A stretch of 64,000 nt of DNA from Caecitellus pseudoparvulus. Lineage: Eukaryota; Protista; Bigyra: Bicosoecida. The translations under genes were made by a program, and so were the position numbers. How positions within the stretch are numbered: the stretch's first letter is position 1; the number at the start of each line of letters is the position of its first letter. Location: NCBI GenBank assembly GCA_965644315.1, contig CBFFRQ010000056.1:186001-250000 (forward strand). Reading direction: 5' to 3'. This document shows positions 56,261 to 64,000 of the stretch, piece after piece. A model generated the notes under the pieces. That model did no database searches. It was not told the origin of the DNA and worked only from the letters and a program-made list of their open reading frames with translations.

Positions 56261-56779
56261 ATGAGCTACATGGTGCGTGCTGTGCTCCAACGCCCACCCC
56301 GCCAGAGCCAGCGGCCCCGGGCAGTGCATGGGCACACCCCGCATGCTGCTGCTCACACAGACCCCTGACGCGAAGAAGGAGGAATACCGCAAGTATCTGG
56401 AAAAGTCTGGGGTGGTGGACTCCCTCACCAAGGGTGAGCGCCCGCTGAGTTTGCACGGCGTTTCTATCGCGTTGCCCCGCGACATTTCCTCCACCTTGCC
56501 GCCGCCTCTCTGCAGTGCTTGTTGGGCTGTATGAAGAGCCTGACAGGCCCCCCAACGCCGTGGAGTACATGCGCAAGTACATGGGTGCTTCAGCTGGTGT
56601 TGATGTGGACGCCATGCGAGCAGAGAATGAGCGGCTAAAGGCCCAAGTAGCTGAGTTGACTGCGCAGCTGGACGATGCCAAGGCAAAGGTGTGTCGGCAG
56701 CGAGCCATCCAGCGCCAGACCGTGTGTGTATGGCATGCCCGCCTTCCATTCACAGATGGCCGCCGCTGGCGTTGAGTGA
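56261..56779 (+). CDS. MYCBP: c-Myc-binding protein AMY-1 / FAP174 homologue
   Basis: MSYM|TPDAKKEEYRKYLEKSGVVDSLTK|VLVGLYEEPDRPPNAVEY. Introns 56273..56360, 56434..56515 and 56689..56755. Confidence 0.9.
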
Positions 56780-56952
56780 TGGGGTCAGCGCGTGGGCAGA
56801 TGCAGGTCCCGCGGTCTGGCCGCAGGAGCGCCAGCACAGGCGAAGGAAAATGCCATTGAACGTCGAGCCCCCTCGCAGGGGACTGCTCCGCTGGCCCTGG
56901 CCTCCAACAGCAATGCACACATGTGAGCCAAGTCCCGCTGCCCGCTGCCGCG

Positions 56953-58730
56953 TCAGCAGCCGCAGCAGACCTCGAAGAGCGTTGCGTTCACTGCTTCGCC
57001 GCCGCCCTTGTCAATGATCTGCCGGCGCCAGGCCTTGTCGCGGCCTGCCAGGTTCTGCAGGCACTCCTGGGAGTACTTGGACATGTCCTGCTCCTCCTCA
57101 AACTCCTGCACAGCCAGGGCGATGAGGACGTCCAAGCCGTCCTCCTCCACCACCGCCGCACCGTGCTCCCCTGAGAACTTCGTGATGTGGTTCAGGATGC
57201 CCGCGCTCCACGTTGCGATGCGCCCATCGTCTGTGGACCGAATGTTGGACACGAGCAGGGGCACAGCGCCTGCCTCTGCCACCGCGTCTGCCAGCTGAGG
57301 CAGTGTGGTCAGGTTGAACAGCGCGCCACAAGCCCACGCCACGGCCTCCGTGTCCATCTCCTCCAGCACCCCCACCAGGGCATCCACACCACCCGCATCG
57401 GCGACGCCCGTCTTGTTCTCCTCCAACTCGCAGGTGACGTTGAACAGCACGCCAGCGGCATTCGTGCGCAGCTCGGGGTCTGTCGTCACCACCGCCTCCA
57501 CCACCACCTCCAAATTCGCGCCCCTGCCCATGAACGCGTCGATTTCAGGGTTGTGTCCACCAGTGGCGTTGAACAGCGCTCCTGCAGCGTTGGTGCGCAT
57601 CTCGTGGAAGGCCATGATGGCCTCTTCCTCGGCCACATCCACGGGGAGCCCGTCCTCCCCCGTCGCCTCCGGCATGCCCAGTGCCAGCAGCTTCAGCAGG
57701 GCAGCCACACCACCCTTGCCGAACAGCTTGGCTTGCTCCTCAGGCCGGTCGTACACCAGGTTCTGCAGGGCACCCGCTGCATACCCCACCGTGATGACAC
57801 CCACCTCCATGTCGCTGTCGACGGCCACACCGGGCGCCTCTTCGCCCTCGCCCCCCCCCGCAGCTGCCGCTGCCTCTGCTTCCTCTGCAGGCAGCGCACC
57901 AGCCAGGGTCTTCAGACCAGCGTGGAGCAGGCCCGTGAAGGCCTCCACACCTTGAGCAAGCAGAATAGCAGCCTGGTTGGCATCGCTGTGCAAGGCGAAG
58001 GGAAGGGTGTGTGTGTGTGCACTCGCGTAGCTGTCACCTTGACACTTGCAACGCACCTCTCAATGGTCAGGTTGTACAGCGCAGCAACAATGATGCGGCG
58101 GGTGTCAAAGCCAGTCTCGGGGGAAGTGGCCATGGACAGCATGGTCTGCACAGCCTGGGGCGTCTCTCCAATCAAGCGGCGGTGCTCAGGGTGCCCACCA
58201 GCCAAGTTCTGCAGGGTGCCAGCCGCCCATGCTCGACCATCCTCATCCCCCTTGCTGCTCAGCATGCCCACGACGTTGGCAATAATGTCAGCTGTCGCTT
58301 CCGCCTCCCCCCCCTGGCTGAGGAAGGAGGTGACGTTGAACAGGGCCCCCACAGCGTGCACACGAGCAGCATCGGAGAAAGGAGAGTCTGCACCAATGAC
58401 GCCTGAAAGGATTGGCATGCCGCCTTCCGCGGCAATGACAGATGGGTTCTGCTCGTTCTCAATGCTGCAGTGGTACACGACGCTCAGAGCGGCTTCACGC
58501 GTGGCCTGTTCAGCCTCTGCGCTGCCAATCACTGCCAGGAGTGGGCCCAGGGCTGCTGCCTCGCGCACAATGTCCCGCACACCAGGGTGCCGCCGCGCAT
58601 CCTCCGCGAGCTCTTGCAGTGCTTCAGAGCCAGCGGTCGCGGCAGCGGTGGCTGTCTCCTTGGCGCGCTCAGCGACCTCTTCCGGCACGGGCGCCGCCTC
58701 TTCCAGAGAAATGTCAGTGATATCAGCCAT
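56953..58730 (-). CDS. Armadillo-repeat protein
   Basis: Repeated AAGALxNL / GGVxxLVxLL ARM units. Intron 58056..57986 (71 nt). Confidence 0.85.
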
Positions 58731-59339
58731 CTGCGAGGTGGCAGGCAAGCGCGCTCATGCAGCAGGTAAGTTGCGCAGGGCTCGATCGGGCCGGCTTTGT
58801 GCAACCAGCACGTGCCGCAAGCCGTCCAGCCGGCCGCCGGCGCCTTGACAAGCGCAAGAACAGGACAAGGACAATAAACAGACAGGGCACCGCAACCCAA
58901 CATCAGGCGCGCTGCTTGAGCTGGGCGCAGTGCGGCTGCTACTGGCGGCTTGGCGGGGCTGTGCAGTGCTGCAAATGCCGCAAGGTACTGGCCAGCCCAC
59001 CGACACATGCTGCCGCCCCCAGCGCAGGATCACGAGGGGAAACTATGCCCTGCGCTCGGACAGTCATCATTAACATGCACCCACCTCAGTCAGCTGCGTG
59101 CTCAAATCCACGGGCAGCGAGCAAGATGTACGCGTGGAGCGTCGGTCAGCCGCTGGCCTTCACCACGCAACGGAAGTGAAGACAGTCCCACAGTGCGGTG
59201 AGACTGGAAAAGGCAAAGGACGGGAAGCGCTGCAAGCAGGTAGGTATGAATTGGCCACGCTTCTGGCATGGCCCGGGTTGTGATTCCCGGGCGGCAGGCC
59301 CACTCGGGCATTGAAGCCCAAACCTCACACGACCATCTT

Positions 59340-62300
59340 TCACTGACTGGAGGCTCCCGACGCAATCCTTTGCATCATGGAAGGCGTTGGGCCTTCCAGT
59401 GCCATCCTGAGGGCACCCCGTACAGCGGCCTGCAGGAGCTTGCGGTCCACCGGCTTCGTAAGCACGGCGTCGGCGCCGTTGGCTTTGAAGTCTTCAATGT
59501 CTTGCCGCAGCGCATTGCCCGTGACGCCCACAATGCGCCCCGAATAGCCGTGCTGTTGGCGCAGGGCGTTAGCACAGGCAAAGCCGTCCATCACTGGCAT
59601 AGACTTGTCCATGAGCACGCAGCTTACACGGTGGAGTGGCGCACCCCGCGCATCCTTCAGGCCGGAGCGCACTGCCTCATGGTGTTCGACGAACACCCGC
59701 AGAGCCTGCTGACCATCCTCCGCCACCAACACCGTCGTGGAGGGGAAGGTGCGTTTCACCACGCGTGCGAGGAGTTGACGCGTCACGGCTGTGTCGTCCA
59801 CAATCAGCACGGAGCCCGACAGGCCCTTGTCCGAAGTGCTGCCTGCCGCGCTGCTCGCAGTGGACAGGCTGGGCGTGCCGCTGCCCATCGAAGGCGTACC
59901 ACGGCTGCCAGCCCCCGCAAGTGGTGTTCCTGCCCCCGAGGACATGCGGCTGGACAAGCCGCTCAGCATGATGGAGGCGTTTCCTGACGCGCTGAAGCGG
60001 ACATCAGAAGATGAAGTCAGCACCTTCGCAGCCGCTGAGCTGCCACTTGTAGTGTGGCTGGCGGCAGTGGCATGGGACACATCCCTGGCACCCGCCTTCA
60101 TCTCACCTGACGCGGGTGGGCGCCGACTCGGTGATGCCGCAGCAACACCCTTGGCTTCTGGTGGAGTGGAGGGTCGCGCAGGGGCTGGGGGCGCGGGCTT
60201 GGCCACTGGCAGCGCTGACTCCCCTGCACTGCCCACTGTGCCCCCCAAGGCGGGGGACGTGAAGCGCACTGTGCCTGACCCGGCAGCCGGCACAGAGCAC
60301 CAGAAGAAGAAGGTGCTGCCCCGGTTCTTCCCCTTGGAGTGCACCCGGATCCCACCATTCATGTGCTCCACGATGGCTTTGCAGAGGGTCAGGCCCAATC
60401 CTGACGAGCCTGCCTGCTTAGCACCTTCACGTAGTTGGGAGAAGGGCTTGAACAGTCGGGACATCTCTTCCCGCGTCATGCCAATGCCCTTGTCCTCCAC
60501 CTCGAACCGCAAGTACACCATGGTGCTTTCCCCTCGGCTGGCGCCCCCGCTGCCGCCCAGACCACTGCCTCCCCCACTGCCACTGCTGGCTGAGGGGCTG
60601 GCACTAAGGTGGGAGTGTGCGTGGCGAGCGCCACGCGAGTTGGCACCCACGCGCTCGGACAGCTCTCGGAAGGAAGCGTTGCTGCCAGATCTGCTGCGCA
60701 CGTGTGCGGCGTCTTTCGACCACCCCCGTCCGCTGCTTGGTTCATCTTCCCTTGATCTAGACTTGGACTTAGCTGAGGCTGAGCCCTCCCGAGAAGACTC
60801 CGGGATATCAGACAGCATTGCGGGGGGAAGAGCGTGTGGGAGAGCGTCAGGGTTGCTGGGGGATGCCTCTGCATGGCCAGAGTGAGTGGTGGAGGGCGTG
60901 CTGATCTCTCCCGCCGAGTGCTCCCCAGAGACAGCTGGGCCCACAGCCCGCGGGTCTCGCATGATTGCGGCGGCCAGCTTCATGGCCTGGTCCAGGGCCA
61001 GCCCCCCTGCCATGGTCACTTCATCACTGCCTGTGGATGAATCGGAGCCACTGCTCATGCCATCGTCCAGGGCTTCGTGCAGGCCGTCCAACACACCTGC
61101 CCCGAAGTGCTGGCTGGGCAGGTGGTGCAGCTGTGGTGTGTGGTGAGGCAGCACCGTGTGAACGCTGAGGTCAAGCGGGTTCCCCAGTCCCCCACCATCC
61201 CCATTGTGCCCGGCCAAGGACGGCACATACCCCTCATCAGACATGGTGAGGGCAGTATGTCCACCTCCACCAGACAACTGCGCCAGCAGCAGGCGTAGCT
61301 GTGTGTCAGACAAGCCAGCCTGGGCGGCATCCGAGGCATCCCCAGTCACCAACGCCGAAGCCAGGGCAGTCGCCTGCACATCCAGCCAATCTTCCTCTTC
61401 CTCCGCTTCGTCTGCTGGTGAGGGTGTGCCTCCTGCCGCGAGGCGCTTGCGTCGGGCCCGAGCCATGCTCTTGCGCCGCTTGCGCTCAGCTTCCTCCTGC
61501 CGGCGCTCCAGCCTGCGCTCCTCCAAGTCACTGGGGTAGTACACCTCTGCATACATGCGTATCGTGACTTCTGTCTCGGGTGGGGAGTGCTTGAAGGCGT
61601 TTGACACAAGGTTCCGCATGCACTGCTGAATGCGCACCTTGTCCGCTTTGACGTACACCGCTTGCCCACCGCCCACCCGCTCCCCCAGGCCCTCCCCATC
61701 AGACTCCTCATCATCCTCCAGTGCCACATCTCCAAGCAGAGTGTTGCCGAATTGACGCGCTTGGGTCAGCTGCTCAGAGAGCGAGTCGCCAACCTGCCGA
61801 CGTGGGTTGGAGCCAGTACTTGCCACGCTCGGGCGAGCCCCTGCCAGCGTCACAGTTGAGACGTCAGGGCCACTCACGGGAGTGCCGCCTCCCAAGTGAG
61901 TTGGCGTGGGCGGTGGCAGGGCCAAGTGCCCACTTTGGGGATGGTGTTGAGGCCGCAGCGCCGCACGCCGATGGGCGCGCCGGGCCTTGCGGAAGGCAGA
62001 CTCGCGGCTAGCGCCGCTCTGCCGCGCCGCACGGAACGTACGCTTGATTGCCTCTGCCTGCTTCTTGATAGCCTTGCGCTGCTCTGCTTCGGCCCGCCAT
62101 GAGCGCTTGTCTACCACTGTGGACTCAATGGTGAGAGAGACGCCCTTGTCACGGAACTGCCGCTCGTACATCTTGGCAACTTCCTGCAGCGCATGCACGG
62201 CGTCGAACGTGTCGTCCACGAACGTCATCATACCCGACGACACCTTGATCCAGTCCAGCACGCTGTTGGCGACGTCTTTCATCGCCGTCGTGCCCTGCAA

Positions 62301-64000
62301 CGACACCTTGAGCATTTCGCGCATGTCCCCCAGCACACGGCGCGGCACAAGAACCAAAGCGTCCCCCGGCGCAACTGTGGGGGCAGTGTCAGGCTGTGCC
62401 TCTGGCGCGCCAAATAAGCCAGGCAGGTCCTTGGGCAGCGCCTTGGACAGGAAGGGCGTCTCTGCTGCCAAGGTGGCCATCGCATTGCGCCAGGAGGTAC
62501 CGTAGTGTTCAGCCCACTGTTTCCACACGCCGTAAAACTCTGTCGCATGGGCAATGGCATTGGACAGATCGTCTGCTGTGGGCGACGGGTGGGCAGGTGC
62601 AGATTGGCCAGGGGCTGGGGCGCCGTGACTGGGGTGCCCCGCCTCCTTCCTGCCTTGCGGCTGGATCATACCCAATGCCTGTGCCGCCTGGAGGGGCACG
62701 TGGGGCAGGTCTGCAGACAGGGCACGCCCCTCTTGGGCAGCTCTTAAGACAGCCGGCGACACAACGCCTCCGCCCGGCATGCCGATGGAGTGCGGAAGGC
62801 CGGGTGTCGCGCCCATGCCTGCAGCAAAGGCCCCGAAGCCAAGGGCAGGACTGTACTCGGGCACTTCCTGATCCAGGAACTCCAACAATGCAGCCCACAC
62901 GGGGCTTCGGGTGCCCGCAATCAAGCTGATGCCAGGGTCAGAGCCCAGAGCCGCCGGGTCTGGCAGATCGGGACAAGGAATGGGGCTGTTCCGGCCACTG
63001 GAAGCGTTGCCTGTCGCCGAGGGGCGAGTGGGCTGAGGAGAAATGCCCTGCATCCCTGATACGTCCACAGCGGGCTGCAGCCCACCTCCTCGCAGCTGGG
63101 CGATGCGCTGTTCATGCCTCCTGGCAGTGGAGTGCAGCGCCGCGATGGAGTCCCGGGCATGCCGGCCCCACTGTACACCTTGGTCCACCGACATGGCCCC
63201 CACCAAGACACCGCCCTGTCCGCCGCTCAGCTCCCACCGAGCTTCTTGTGCTGATGTGACTGAGGCTGCGAGGGGGTCGTCACCGTGCTCCAAGGCTGCT
63301 TCCCGCGCCCGGGTCGCGACATCCAGTGCAGCGGGCACATCCGCGGGTATCAACACGTCATGCTGTGGGTCAAGCTCTCCAAGAGCTGTGGGGGGTGTGC
63401 TGGTGTCAGCAGCTGACACGAGGGGCACAATGACCAATGCCAGCCCATGGGCGCCTACTGATGCAAACCCATGGCCACTGCCCTGCACACTGCCAATGTC
63501 AGTGCCTGAGGCGTCAATGGGCTGCAAGCCACTAGCGCCTTCCCGCACAGTGCTGCTCCAAGAGCCCTCTGGCGCATGGGATAGTGAGTGTTGGGCGGCG
63601 CTACCGGTGGCAGTGCCAGTTGCCAGCGTCGCTGAGGACGCTGACACCATGCGCCGGGGCTCGCCATGGGGCCCGATGGTCCACTTCTCGCTGCTGGTGG
63701 AGGCCGGGTGGCTGAGGCTGTACGACAGAGGCGCTGTCGCGCGAGGTCCAGCCTGCACGACTTGGGAGGAAGACGAAGCCACCGTTGCATGGGAAGGGAA
63801 GGAAGTCAGGGCCTTGGCTGACGCTGCAGCGTCGGCAGCACCCCACAAGCTGGCGCTGGCCGCTTCAGGCTCTGCTACAGGACTTCCAGTGGACTCCTCA
63901 CGCCCCGGTGCGTCGCTAGAGATGCTGCTGAAGGCACGACCACCAGAGGAGCCTGCGAACGCCACATCCATCTGTGGCACAGCTACCTGTGCTACGCGTC
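59340..64000 (-). CDS. Hybrid histidine kinase (HATPase + receiver), 5' end outside the window
   Basis: N-box DKVRIQQCMRNLVSNAFKHS, G1 EVEDKGIGM, F-box LFKPFSQ, G2 GSSGLGLTLC. Receiver VLIVDD, VLMDKSMPVMDG, VTGNA, TKPV. The frame stays open to 64000. Confidence 0.9.
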   Translation of the reverse strand, partial: RVAQVAVPQMDVAFAGSSGGRAFSSISSDAPGREESTGSPVAEPEAASASLWGAADAAASAKALTSFPSHATVASSSSQVVQAGPRATAPLSYSLSHPASTSSEKWTIGPHGEPRRMVSASSATLATGTATGSAAQHSLSHAPEGSWSSTVREGASGLQPIDASGTDIGSVQGSGHGFASVGAHGLALVIVPLVSAADTSTPPTALGELDPQHDVLIPADVPAALDVATRAREAALEHGDDPLAASVTSAQEARWELSGGQGGVLVGAMSVDQGVQWGRHARDSIAALHSTARRHEQRIAQLRGGGLQPAVDVSGMQGISPQPTRPSATGNASSGRNSPIPCPDLPDPAALGSDPGISLIAGTRSPVWAALLEFLDQEVPEYSPALGFGAFAAGMGATPGLPHSIGMPGGGVVSPAVLRAAQEGRALSADLPHVPLQAAQALGMIQPQGRKEAGHPSHGAPAPGQSAPAHPSPTADDLSNAIAHATEFYGVWKQWAEHYGTSWRNAMATLAAETPFLSKALPKDLPGLFGAPEAQPDTAPTVAPGDALVLVPRRVLGDMREMLKVSLQGTTAMKDVANSVLDWIKVSSGMMTFVDDTFDAVHALQEVAKMYERQFRDKGVSLTIESTVVDKRSWRAEAEQRKAIKKQAEAIKRTFRAARQSGASRESAFRKARRAHRRAALRPQHHPQSGHLALPPPTPTHLGGGTPVSGPDVSTVTLAGARPSVASTGSNPRRQVGDSLSEQLTQARQFGNTLLGDVALEDDEESDGEGLGERVGGGQAVYVKADKVRIQQCMRNLVSNAFKHSPPETEVTIRMYAEVYYPSDLEERRLERRQEEAERKRRKSMARARRKRLAAGGTPSPADEAEEEEDWLDVQATALASALVTGDASDAAQAGLSDTQLRLLLAQLSGGGGHTALTMSDEGYVPSLAGHNGDGGGLGNPLDLSVHTVLPHHTPQLHHLPSQHFGAGVLDGLHEALDDGMSSGSDSSTGSDEVTMAGGLALDQAMKLAAAIMRDPRAVGPAVSGEHSAGEISTPSTTHSGHAEASPSNPDALPHALPPAMLSDIPESSREGSASAKSKSRSREDEPSSGRGWSKDAAHVRSRSGSNASFRELSERVGANSRGARHAHSHLSASPSASSGSGGGSGLGGSGGASRGESTMVYLRFEVEDKGIGMTREEMSRLFKPFSQLREGAKQAGSSGLGLTLCKAIVEHMNGGIRVHSKGKNRGSTFFFWCSVPAAGSGTVRFTSPALGGTVGSAGESALPVAKPAPPAPARPSTPPEAKGVAAASPSRRPPASGEMKAGARDVSHATAASHTTSGSSAAAKVLTSSSDVRFSASGNASIMLSGLSSRMSSGAGTPLAGAGSRGTPSMGSGTPSLSTASSAAGSTSDKGLSGSVLIVDDTAVTRQLLARVVKRTFPSTTVLVAEDGQQALRVFVEHHEAVRSGLKDARGAPLHRVSCVLMDKSMPVMDGFACANALRQQHGYSGRIVGVTGNALRQDIEDFKANGADAVLTKPVDRKLLQAAVRGALRMALEGPTPSMMQRIASGASSQ

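Overview
Eukaryotic nuclear DNA: GC-rich (roughly 60-70% in coding regions by eye), very gene-dense, standard genetic code, with short GT-AG introns (mostly 61-92 nt; donors typically GTGCGT or GTGAG). About 28 protein-coding genes can be reconstructed by hand-splicing. They include BCCIP/BCP1, a COA1-like gene, a KDM4-type JmjC demethylase, a 2356-aa C-type-lectin/mucin/multi-TM receptor, a cyclin, SAR1, Kelch-BTB, MNS1, a Ser/Thr kinase, a DUF4211/CCDC82-like gene, golgin CASP, an SV2-like MFS transporter, TRM5, an EF-hand protein, a DH-PH RhoGEF, a Josephin-like protease candidate, PAM16, GMP synthase, an HN1/Jupiter-motif protein, a myristoylated ankyrin protein, SETD9, MYCBP/FAP174, an armadillo protein and a truncated hybrid histidine kinase. 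MNS1 and MYCBP suggest a flagellated protist; a stramenopile-like heterotroph is my inference only. I saw no rRNA, tRNA, CRISPR array or intact mobile element. Best leads: the six-CTLD receptor, the Josephin-like protein, a possible splice-through kinase-DUF4211 fusion, a structured 160-nt GMP synthase intron, a 3-kb low-GC gene-free island, a histidine kinase split by huge insertions, and a motif shared by introns of unrelated genes. All family calls are from motif recognition; no database search was run.
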